Source: Azolla caroliniana (taxonomy: Eukaryota; Plantae; Polypodiophyta). Taken from it: a stretch of 64,000 nucleotides of DNA. How positions within the stretch are numbered: the first letter of the stretch is position 1; the number at the start of each line of letters is the position of its first letter. The stretch spans positions 3,124-67,123 of the forward strand of contig JBHGNT010000144.1 in the NCBI GenBank assembly GCA_043228905.1, in the 5' to 3' direction. The notes beneath the pieces are model-generated. The model was not told where the DNA came from and made no database searches. It saw only the letters and a list, made by a program, of their open reading frames with translations. The position numbers and the translations under genes are program-made. Shown here one piece after another: positions 12,425 to 24,209 of this stretch.

Positions 12425-15300
12425 TGAGCCACAACAGAAGGTGCCATCCTTCAAACTAAAAATTCCGCCACCAACAAAAAGACCTTCTGACACCATGATG
12501 AAAGTTGATTCTCGCAAAACATTTATCGAGTCAAGAGGTGATGACACTTTAAAGTCCTTTGTCGATAACCCGATGAAGACTTTAGGCGAAAAGAGTGGGG
12601 AGCCTCGCCTGAACAGCTACCCCCAAGTGGAATGGACACTGATCTACACCGAGGAAGAAGGGGACCTCCTTATTCTTGCAAAGTCTGAAGGTGAAGGCAA
12701 GTTGCAGGTGGGAAAGACATTCCCCTACATCTACGTAAGGAACATCAAATATGAAGACAACGACTCATCGAACCTCTTCTTCGATGTTGATAGCTCGATG
12801 GGGGTTCACAGAGTCAAGATCGATGAACATAATTTCATAACCGACTCCTGCCACCCTAAAGCCCTAAAAAAGGATGTTCAGACAAAAACAACTTGATTGT
12901 TGCTTTGCACCCGTACATTAAGGGAGAGCTGATGGTCACACAAGCAACAACCCCACCAAAGTCTGCTAAGAAGTCCAAACCGGAACATAAGAAGTACAAG
13001 AAAAGGTAGCAACTAGAAGAGGACGAGTCGAAGGTCCTCGAGTTCGTAGAAGATGAGGAGGAAGAAGCCGAGATCGAAGTTATTCCTCTAGGGGGCCACA
13101 TTTCATTGGGGATACTCACCTCAGAGCATAACCAGATCAGAGAAAATATTGTAAAGACGAAGCTTGTTCGTAAAGGAGACAAGAAGAAGAAATAAGAGAG
13201 CCACATTCACTGCATGTGTAGAACTTAAAAAGCAAAATGAAGATTAATCCACATGCGACTGTTAGGCCATTCTTAGTAATGGTTGACCTAGATCAATGCC
13301 CTACTATTGTTGACTTCAAGTACATTTCGGCAGATGACTACACATACTATGTGATTGGAGGATCCCACTCTACTGAAACCCGACGTCAACTGGTCAAGGA
13401 GTATCCTCTTACCCCTTTCTTCAAGTATGCAAAATGTAAAGTGTATGCATGCCTTACACATGACGAAGCCAAGTTGTTAGGTTGGGATCATAACAACAAT
13501 AACGGCTATAGACAAAAGATGTCATGTATCGAGCGCATCAAGTTCTTCCATCACGAGTACCTTGATGCGTTGCAAAAGTTTGGTCCTTGGCTGCATCCTG
13601 GATTGTGACGACAATGTCTACTTGAAGTGGGGATAGCAGTTGACGAAAGCACCAAGTTTGAAGGCTTGAGAAAATATGACTCGTGGTTTTAACTTGCCTT
13701 TAGAACAGGGGAGGTATGGGACCTCCAAGATCGCATTTTTAGTATGTGGGAGCATAAAGAAATAAAGGGACAAAGATCAAAGAAGGCTAAGCTTGACCCA
13801 CAGGTGGAGATGAAATCTAAGTCAAGTAAAAGTGACTTAGTAATTGAAGAGTTAGCCGAAGATATGAAGCTACTTCCTTGGTGGTCACTGCAAGGAATTA
13901 AGGATGACATATTATTGATATTTGTATTAATCAAGCGTGGCCGCCAAGGAGTTTAGCCTTGACGAAATGGTCATAGATTTTCAAAAGTGAGTCATCTATG
14001 TGCATGTATCATTTTGATTTGATTGCTTTGTTGATTTGTTCTTTATTCTAATTTTAGTTTCTTTTGATTTTTGGATAATGGGTTTCTTCTTACAAAATTT
14101 ATAATTACAGAAACCACCTCGTTCAAAGAAGAATAGTGACGACAATGAAGGTATACCTAGCGCTTTCATCACCCATTTGGAACGAGCTAAATACGAGAAA
14201 CGGATGACAAAAGGAAAGGAGCTCGAGGTGCCTGAGGACTCGGATATCGTAAAAAGCTTTTGGCACAAGAGTGATCCTTTCCGATAATTGTATTATAGTG
14301 TATATAATGGTGATGTGGGTAATATGCTTGACATATTACCCAAGAGACATTATACATTGCTCGTGGCGGATATACCGTATGGCTTCAGAATATCAAGCTC
14401 GACATACGACGATGTGCCATACAAATATCCGCAAATAGTGAAGATGGTTAAGGACTTTGCGGAGCTGACCCTGGCACCATTATGGCCTATTGTTATATTT
14501 CATAGTATGGGTCAGTTGTTATTGGTCACGACTGCATTGAAGTCGAGATACCATGCCACCGAACATATGCATTGGTAAGCATTATGTTACTATATATTTA
14601 ATGTATGGATTCCTTGTTGCTTACTACATGTTTATTAACTTGTTTCGATTCAATTATAGAATAGGGTTAAAACGAACATAACTCGTACCCTGGGTGATCG
14701 AATGGTGAGCGTTGTGGAGCACATGTGCGTGGGCCACTATGACGCAATTCCTGAGAAGAAGGCTTGGGCACATGTTAATGAGCGAAACGTTGTCAACTAT
14801 ATCATGTGCCCAACTGTAACGAAGAAATTGCGCCACGTGCCTAGCGATAAGAGTTTAGTAACCCCTTATCAAAAGCCCCAATGATTGATTAATCGATTGG
14901 TCGAGTTGTTCTCGAACCTTGATGATTGGGTTCTTGGCTTATTTTCTGGAACAGGTAATCTATTAAGTTTCATCAATGTTTTTTAAAATGAAATATTATT
15001 TCTTGTCTTCTTTTCTTACTTTTATATGTGTGATTGTTTATTTAGGAACGATGACTGCATGTGCTCTTAAACTGTTCAGGAACTACGTCGCATTAAAAAA
15101 GGACCCCGACCAAGAAAATTTTATTAAGATGAGGATCCAAGGCATCTAGGATTGTCTCGACCAAGACCAAGAGGTTGGGGCAAAGCATATCAATGAAATA
15201 GAGATGTTTCAGATGACCTCTAGAGAGCCGATGGAACCTATAGACGAGAAAGAGGCGCCTTCTCGACCTTGAAGATGCATCAGGTTCTGATCATATACAA
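12425..15300 (+). pseudogene. Spliced gene: ParB/Srx-like domain fused to beta-class N6-adenine/N4-cytosine DNA methyltransferase
   Basis: ParB-like YYVIGGSHS..RRQL...CKVY..LT..EA.LL..DHN (13237-13608). Catalytic motif IV LLVADIPYG (about 14355-14385), W.K, then PYQKP..LI.RLVELFS..DDWVLGLFSGTG|T and ALKLFRN..ALKKD (SAM-binding motif I lies after motif IV, the beta order). GT-AG introns at 14575-14664 and 14955-15045, and probably about 13988-14110. Several premature stops; start and end are approximate. Confidence 0.85.
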
Positions 15301-16563
15301 GATTCAGCTAAGGGGACAAAAGATGTTCATGCAGCACCACTATCAGCTGATCTTGGAGAGCAGCTTGTTCCAAACATCCTAATCGAGTGATTGTATATTA
15401 GTTTGTATTTGTAACTATAAAATTGTAACACTAAACTTGTTGTGGAATATAAGATTATTTTGTTTGAGTACCATTTCTTTACACTATCTGATTGGTTTGC
15501 AAACTTTAAGTGTCTATCATATATTTGTATTGGTTGACTCACAAAGTATGTGGTTGTTAAGTGTAATTTTTATTGAATAGATGGTGATGAACTTATCGAT
15601 TGTATGACAAATGTTGGTTATAATTGTTTCTTTATTAATATAATTGAATTTAGTTTTATTCTAACATTTTTTAGCTCTTTAATCTTGGTTATTTAATTTC
15701 GAGTGTACAGAAAAATATTAAGTCAACGTTGTTGCTCACTTGATCTTACATTTAGGTTGTTCATATATGATTGGGATATAATGTCCGTAGAAGTTGTTGG
15801 GCATGTGAGGTATATAATGTGATATTCACTTGTGAATATGTGTCTAATTATACCCAAAAATGCACTTTGCTCATTTAATATAACAAGCTTTATAGGAGTT
15901 AGAGAGAAATATAGAATTAAAATTGTGTTTCTAAAATTGTTCAATTGGATTCAAATTCAACATTATGTAAAATGAAGCATATTACAATGATAGTTGAAAG
16001 CATTCTCATAATCCAAGCGAATGTTTGGCTAAATATGTGTATGAATTGAGAAAATATAGGTTAAATTTGAAATCTTGATAATATTAACTGTGTTTTTTAT
16101 TGATGTTTTTAAAAGTCATGTGCGCATGCGTGATACATTCTTGAAAGTTTGTTAAAAAATTGTAATTCTTGACATCTCATGTATTTATCAATAAAGGAAT
16201 GCGACATATTACCTGTTCTAAATGACCCGGTGTTTCAACACAGGATGCCTTCCGGGGTGCGGATCACTTTGATCCTGAGGAACTAATGAAGGTCCCCAAG
16301 ATCCTTCATCTCGAATGATGCCGAAAGTTGGGATTTGACACAACCGATTTCGTCCAGGTCGGCGTCGACGATGACAAGATCATCCACATAGAGCAATATG
16401 GTCACCGACTCGTTCAGACCTTGTGGGATGAAGAGAGAGGAGTCTGATTTCGACGAAGCAAACCCCATCCGACGTAACCTCTACGTGATCTTCTTGTTCC
16501 AAGCGCGCGACACTTGCTTGAGTCCATAGAGAGACTTTTTCAATCAGCATACAACCGATGTGT

Positions 16564-16878
16564 TGTCATGAAATAGCATGGTATGGCTTCAAAAGGATTT
16601 GAACCCATGACCTTGTGTCACATGGGTTAAAGCCTTACCATTAAGCTATACATTGTAATACGAAGAATATTATTTCCATTTATTATTTCACTTAGGAAAT
16701 CCGTGTATATTCTAGATTTCTCTGGAACATTCTAGAAATATCAAGAGTACTCCTAAGCATACTATAAAAAGAGGCACATGGCATTATTGAGAAGCAATTC
16801 AGTTCAACGCCAATCTTAAGCCTCATAGTTATTCTTGTATATTCTCTTCATATAACATAATATATCATTTGTTACCAT

Positions 16879-16913
<35 letters not shown>

Positions 16914-19900
16914 TCTCCCGAGAGTTGTACACATTTTCCCGCTTAGTACTGATCCTCATCTCTAGTACTAATTCCCTCTTTGTGTTAGTATAATTCCTGA
17001 CAATTTGAACCGAATTTGTCATCCTCTTATTCCTCCTTTCCCTTCATACTAAATCGTCTTCTCCTCTTACTAAATGGCAACGGTTAGTGCTCAAGAATAC
17101 CAATCCGTTTTCTCGGAGCTCCGGTGCTTAAAAGAAAAGTTTGTAGCACTAGAACAAGAAAATCAACGTCTACTGGGGGATCCTCAACAAGTAGCTCTAG
17201 AAAAACAACAACAACACGGGGAGCTAACGTTACGTGTGCAACAACTTGAAGCGACTATTGTGTCATTACAACAACAAGGATTGAGCACTCAAGGGACTCC
17301 CAAAGAACCCAAGATCGGTCTTCCTATTAAATTTGACGGGACCCGATCACAGTTAAGAGGATTTCTTAATTAGGTATGTTTAGTTATTCAAATGCATCCT
17401 TCTCGAGATCTCACCACATCGAGTGGGACTAGTAGGCACACTACTTAGTGGCATGGCTTTGGCATGGTTCGCCCCCTTGTTCGAAAAAAATTCTCCTTAG
17501 TTAAATAAATTTGAAGTGTTTATTAGCAAGTTTAAAGCCTATTTTGGGGATACCAATAGCATTAGGATGACAATCAACAAAATCCAAATATTGCGTCAAG
17601 GTGATCGGCCGGCCTTGGCTTATGCTGTAGATTTTCGTCTTCTCGCCACTGCAATTCCCTGGGATGACCAAGAATTAATGGAGAAATTTCGTTGTAGCCT
17701 ACGTAATGATGTCAAGGACTTACTCTTGACCTTCCCCGAAGAACCAAAGTCATTGACAGAAGCAATCAGTCACGCAGTACTATGCAATAACCACCTTTTC
17801 GAACGATGTTCAGAACGATTGGTACCCACTTACGCTTCAGTTGTAGCAAAACCTTTCCCAAGTGAGTCATTTAATGTGTCTCTAGCAAATACTCCCACTC
17901 CAATGGAAATCGACACCACACATCGTCACGAACCATTATCGGAAGGGGAAAAATAGTGACGCCAAGCAAATCAATTATGTCTTTATTGCGGTGGACCGGG
18001 GCATATTGTAGTGAACTATCCCCATCGGCTGAGAAGACAGGTAAATCAAATATCCGCTAGTACTAATAGTAATAAACCTAAGTCTATTTCTCTAGGCGTG
18101 TCTGATAGTCCTAATAGCCCAAGCCTTTCAAACAAATTTGAAATCCTTAGTCAACTAGAAGAAGAGTTAAACGATTAAGTCCAGCCAAAATAGGATTTGT
18201 TTGGTTGGATAGCTCTAGATCTGTGCAACCCATTAATGGTTCCATTCCCTCTAAGCAAGTTAGCAATGTCGTCCTAGCTCAAGTAACAATTAGTACTAAA
18301 AGTATCTCTCCAGTACATGTCTTAGCACTTCTAGAGCTAATTCTTGCTTCATGGATAAGAATTTTTCCCAAGCTCATCAAATATCCCTAAGAAAACTCCA
18401 TTTCCCAGCCTTTGTAGTAGTCATTGATGGTCACCCCATTGCTTCTTGAAAAATCGTAGAGGAGTCAAAGCCAATTAATGTTGTCCTACATAATTTGACA
18501 TGTGTAGTATCATTCAATATAATTAGTAGTCCAGAACATCCCATTGTTTTGGGGTTACCATGGTTTGAGTTACACAATCCATACATAGACTGGAGAACAA
18601 GAGAAATCCGATATCAACAACCTTGAGAAGTTGCTCATAAGGTTTCAACCATTTCGCTACATCAACTGCGCGAAGAAGGAGGCAAGGAATCAATGTTTGT
18701 ATTCACAATATCAATAAGACCTTCCAACACCACTAAAGAGGAATCCATAGTTCAACTTCTAGAGAAGTACCATCATTATGCCCACGTATTTGATAAGTTA
18801 TAAGCCAATACTCTTCCTCACCATCGACCATATGATTTTCCCATTGATTTACAACCATGAAAAGAGCCACCATGGGGACCGATCTACAACTTGTCACCAA
18901 CCGAGCTAGAAGTCCTTCGAGCCTACATAGAGGAGAATTTGGTGAACGGGTTCATTCGACATTCGAAATCTCCAGCCGGCAGACCCATTTTCTTTGTCAA
19001 GAAAAAGGATGGATCAATTCGTCTCGTCATAGATTACCGTGGCTTAAATAAGGTCATCATCAGGAATAGATATGCACTTGCCCTTATCTCGAGTCTTTTA
19101 GAACGGCTTAATGGTGCAAAATTCTTCACAAAGATCGACTTATGAGGCGCATATAACCTCGTACGGATCCAACCGGGAGATGAATGGAAGACCGCTTTTC
19201 ACACCCGATACGGGCACTTTGAGTATACGGTTATGCCATTCGGTCTCACCAATGCGCCAACCGTCTTCCAGCACATGCCAAATGATATTTTCCAAGATCT
19301 CTTGGATATTTGTTTGATCATCTATTTGGATGATTTGCTAGTTTATTCGAAGACTCAAGAAGAGCATGATTCTCATGTATTATTAGTACTAAAACGACTT
19401 CGAGAACATGGTCTTTATGCAAAACTGGAAAAATGTAGTTTTGAAGGTAGAATTTCTAGGCTATGTCATCTTCTCGGAAGGCATCTCCATGGATCCAACT
19501 AAGGTCAAAACAGTGGTAGAGTGGCAGAATCCTTGTTCATTGCGAGATGTGTAATGTTTTTTAGGCTTCGCAAATTTCTACCACAAGTTTATACATGACT
19601 ACTCAAAGCTTTTTTTGCCTCTCATACAACTTACCAAGAAGGGGTAGTCGTTTGTTTGGTGTAAGAAAGCGGACACGGCTTTTCTAAGTCTTAAGAAAGC
19701 ATTTACATCAGCTCCTATTCTAGCTCATGTTGATCCGAAAAAACCGTTCATCATGGAGGCAAACACATCAAATTTCGCCCTTGGTAACATTCTGTCACAA
19801 CAAGGCGATGATGAAAAACTACATCCTGTGGCTTTCCACTCGGGCAAGTTTGACGCCGCCGAAATCAACTACGAGATACATGACAATGAGCTATTAGCAA

Positions 19901-22041
19901 TAGTGGACTCTTTTGCACAATGAAGACATTTTTTAGAGGGATCTTCTCATCAAATCACCGTATTTAGTGATCACAAAAACCTTGCCTATTTCCAGAATGC
20001 TCATGTATTAAATCAACGACAAGATCGGTGGGGCCAATTCCTCACTCGCTTCGACTTCAAAATTACATATCATCCTAGGAAGTAGCAAGGGAAGGCAGAT
20101 GCATTATCACGGTGCTCGTATCTAGCACCTCATCCCAGTGATCCAGCATTCGATAATCAAAAGCAAGTCATCCTGGGACCAACACGACTACAAGCAACGT
20201 GGGTTTGTGATACTCCATTGGATTCCCATATTATGGAGACCATACGTGAAGACTTGAAGACAGATGCTTTCACTCAAGCCATTTTAGCACAAATTGATTC
20301 CTCGCGGGCAATCTGTTCACAGTCACAACAACCAGGTACGGACTATTGACAATTCAAATGTCATGATGGATTACTATTGTTTAAGAAACTCTTGTATGTT
20401 CCCAATAGTTCTTGTCGCCTTCGAGTAGTCCAAAATTGTCATGACACATATACAGTTGGACATTTTGGTAGTACTAAAACGTTGAATTTAGTACAACGAT
20501 CATTTTGGTGGCCTGATATGCGACGATATGGTGAAGACTATGTTCATAAATGTGATACATGTTGCAGAGCAAAGATGCCAAGACATCATCCATATGGTTT
20601 ATTGGAACCATTACCACTTCCAAGCAAGCCGTGGTAGTTCATTTGTCTAGATTTTATCACAGATCTTCCAGTTTCAAAGGGATTTGATGTGATCTTAACA
20701 ATAGTAGATTGATATACTAAGATGGCACATTTCTTGCCTTGTACTAAGGCAATCACTAGTGAAGAAACCGTTGAAGTTGTCATGTGTGAGGTATTTTGGC
20801 ACCATGGCCTCTTGGATAGTATCATTAACAACCATGGACCACAATTCATCTCGAAATTCTGGAAGCATCTCTTCAAAATGCTTAAGGTCATTTGTAACCT
20901 CTCATCCGGATATCACCCTCAAACAGTCGGACAAGTCAATTGTAAATCCAACATTGGAACAATATTTTCGGTGTTTTCTAAGCTATCAACAAGATGATTG
21001 GGCGGATATTCTCCACTTTGCCGAATTTGCTTACAATAACTCTATCCACTCATCGACTAGGGTTACACCATTTTATGCTTATACAGGCTATCATCCTCGA
21101 TGGTGTGTGCTCAAAACTCCGGAGTTACCCACAAATCCTCGTGCAAAGGATCATTTGGAGCGGCTACACAAGATCGAAGCAGATCTATGTACCCATTTAC
21201 ATCAAGATCAACAAACACAGAAGGCTTATGCGGATCGTCATCAGCTTCCATCCTGTTTTGACATTGAAAATCAGGTATAGCTATTATGACGACATATCAA
21301 GACTACTCAACCATGCTATAAATTGGATTATCGACGATTAGGTCGTTTCCGTATTATTGGAAAAAATAATGATGTCACTTTTCGTCTTGATCTACCTCCG
21401 CAACTATGGATACATCCGGTTTTTCCTAATTCTCTCCTCGAACCCTATCAAGGCAACACTATCCTAAATCGTATTACACCACCTCCACCCCCGATCGAGC
21501 TTGAAGCCGGACTAGAGTACCAAGTTGTTGCCATCCTCGATTCGAAGATTGTTCGCAACAAGCTCTACTATTTGGTCGATTGGCTAGGCTATAGTCCAAG
21601 CGAGCGTACTTGGGAACTAGTCGAGAATGTGGTAAATGCTCGAGCTCTTATTGAGGACTTCCATTGGCAATATCCCTACAAGCTAGGTCCTCCATCTAAG
21701 ACAACTCGTAACACTCGTCGTCTTAAGGGGGGTTAGTGTCATGATATAGCATGGTATGGCTTCAAAATTATTCGAACCTATGACCTTGTGTCACATGGGT
21801 TGAAGCCTTACCATTAAGTTATACATTGTAATACGAAGAATATTATTTCGCTTAGAAAATCCATGTATATTCTAGATTTCTCCGGAACATTCTAGAAATA
21901 TCAAGCGTACTCCTAAGCATACTATAAAAAGAGGCACATGGCATTATTGAGAACCAATTCGGTTCAACGCCAGTCTTAAGCTTCCTAGATATTCTTGTAT
22001 ATAATTCTCTTCATATAACATAATATATTGTTTGTTAACAT

Positions 22042-22098
<57 letters not shown>

Positions 22099-22751
22099 GA
22101 ATTGTGTGGGAAGCAAGCAAAAAGATCCAAAAGATGCATAAAAGCAAAATTTTATGTTCCAGTTGGATGCAAGATATAGAAAAATGGTTTGGTAGATGGG
22201 ATGCGAGACACTTGCTTCATGATGCATCATTAGATTCCTCTGTAAATGACACCTTTTTGCAACGCCAATGTATCATGACATGGGACAAATGTGGAGGTTC
22301 ACGCTTCACACATTATACTACACATGTTGCACCTAACTACAACACCATATTCTTTGCGGAATGGGGAAACCGTACACATCGATACATGTTAGAGCCTATC
22401 CCGTTATCTACCATTCAAACCATTGCTTCCATGCAACTTAGCTCACATGCATTACGATGTGAGTTAGGGCATTGGGGCACAAGTGATGAGAGTGGTCGGC
22501 TATGCACACTTTGCCCTAAACAAGTTTGTGAGTCTGAGTATCACACTTTGATACAATGCTCTTCCTTTGATCATATTCGACCATGCTTTCCACATCTCTT
22601 TGACCAAGCTCAATCATTAGACGAATTTCTCTCACAACCACAATGTGCACTGTCGATTGCAACATCGAGAGTCACTACTCACTTTCACACGTATCAGGTG
22701 AAATGTAATATTTTGTCTCATAGGTCATATTTGACCTTCGAAGACGATAAT

Positions 22752-22799
<48 letters not shown>

Positions 22800-22889
22800 T
22801 CTCCCGAGATTTCTACACCTTTTTCCCTCTTAGTATTGATCCTCACCTCTAGTACTAATTCCCTCTTTGTCTTAGTACTATTCCTGACA
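16564..22889 (+). mobile_element. Ty3/gypsy chromovirus (Tcn1-like), full length but decayed
   Basis: LTRs 16564-17002 and 21737-22889 (TG..CA); perfect TSD TGTGT; PPT AAGGGGGG. Order gag (P.KFDG; PTPMEID), protease, RT ([13 protein letters not shown]), RNase H, integrase (HHCC; YHPQT; GPF-like), chromodomain EYQVVAILDSK...YLVDWLGYSPSERTWE. Confidence 0.95.
22098..22755 (+). mobile_element. 5'-truncated LINE (ORF2 C-terminus) inserted in the (CT)n tract of the chromovirus 3' LTR
   Basis: SSHALRCELG.W....RLCTLC...ESEYH.LIQC zinc-finger end of a non-LTR ORF2. Absent from the 5' LTR and flanked by (CT)n on both sides. Confidence 0.8.
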
Positions 22890-24209
22890 TGTGTTCACTC
22901 CAGACTGAAATACGGGGGGTTGAACCATAAACACTTGTTCCTCAAGATCACCTTGCCGGAACGCATTTTTCATATCCATTTGATGTAGATGTCACCCCTT
23001 CGCCACTACCACCACAAGCAGGACATGGACGGTCGTCATCTTCGCGACCGGCGTGAACGTCTCGACGTAGTCGATGTCGTGTTGTTGCGTGTAGCCCTTG
23101 GCCACTAACCAAGCCTTGTACCTGTTGACGGAGCCATCGGTATTGTATTTAACCTCGTATAACGATCGGCAATTGATCAGCTTCACTCCTTTCGATACGT
23201 CCACTAAATCCCACGTCTCATTTTCTGTGAGTGCGTGCATTTCTTCCTCCATAGCGACACGCCAATTTGCGTACTTCGCCACTTCTACGTAGCTCTCCGG
23301 CGCACACATTGCCACCTCCTTCATCATGTATAGATAATGATGCGCCAGATACTCATTATACCCATACCTCTTCATGGGGTTCTTCTGGCGGGTGGATCAG
23401 TGCAATTCCTGATTCGCCGATTTCGCGGCCTTCCTAGGTGACTTCGACCTCTTCCTCGAAGGTTCCGTGTTGGTCGAGCCGGAGTTGGAATCGCTCTAAT
23501 CCAACTCCACTCTGTTGGTGTCATACTCCGACATCTTCTTCTTCCCCTTCTCTTTGCGCGTGAACCATCTCCTCGGTTCCTTGCATGGGGAGAGCACGGT
23601 TCAGTCTTCATTACTCGTCGGCTCAACCAGTCCGGATAACCCTTCTGTTTATCCAAGTAACTGAAGAGAATGCACTTTTCGACTTTCGCATGTAACTTCC
23701 TCCATTTTTCGTTCGGTACATGCACATATGCAATGCTACCGAACACCCGAAGGAGTGCCAAATTCAGCTTTCGCCCGAAATACAATTCATGCGGTGACAC
23801 CTTTGTCCCTGAGGCAGATATCTGATTCTGGATGTAAACAGACATCCGGATTGCTTCAGTCTAATAAAATTTTGGCATGTGCTTCTCCTTGAGCATTGCC
23901 TTGGCTGCTTCTACCAACATCCTATTTCGACACTCAGCCATGCCGTTCTTCTCTGACGTGTGTCTGCAAGAGAATTCCTGTAGGATTCCCTTCGTGTGCA
24001 GATAGCTCATGATCTGGCCGGAAAAGTACTCTTTTCCACCATCCGATCTCAAACACTTGATCTCTCTTCCGGTCTCACATTCGACAAGGTTCGTCAAATC
24101 TCGGAAACACGAGAAGACTTTGCTTTTTTCTCTATTAGATAGAAATAGGTGTGCCTGGTGAAATTGTCGATGAAGGAGAAGAAATACCGACTCCTGCCAA
24201 TGCTCACGT

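Larger units (their letters stand above)
9497..16234. mobile_element. TIR DNA transposon (Sola-like DDD transposase) carrying a ParB-like/DNA amino-methyltransferase gene
   Basis: Left end AACACAGGGTCATTTGAAACATGTAATATGTCACA versus reverse complement of right end AACACCGGGTCATTTAGAACAGGTAATATGTCGCA (30/35). TCAA duplicated at 9493-9496 and 16235-16238. Removing the element restores the copia RT codons GTG TTG AGT ATG (VLSM). Two divergent genes lie inside. Confidence 0.9.

Noticed and set aside
12425-15300. Bacterial contamination or a restriction-modification operon
   Set aside because: The gene has GT-AG introns, lies inside a TIR element with a TSD within a plant copia, and no restriction nuclease gene is evident.
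22032-22988. 318-aa ORF as a host gene
   Set aside because: It is a chimera of (CT)n, a LINE 3' end, LTR sequence and antisense copia RT.
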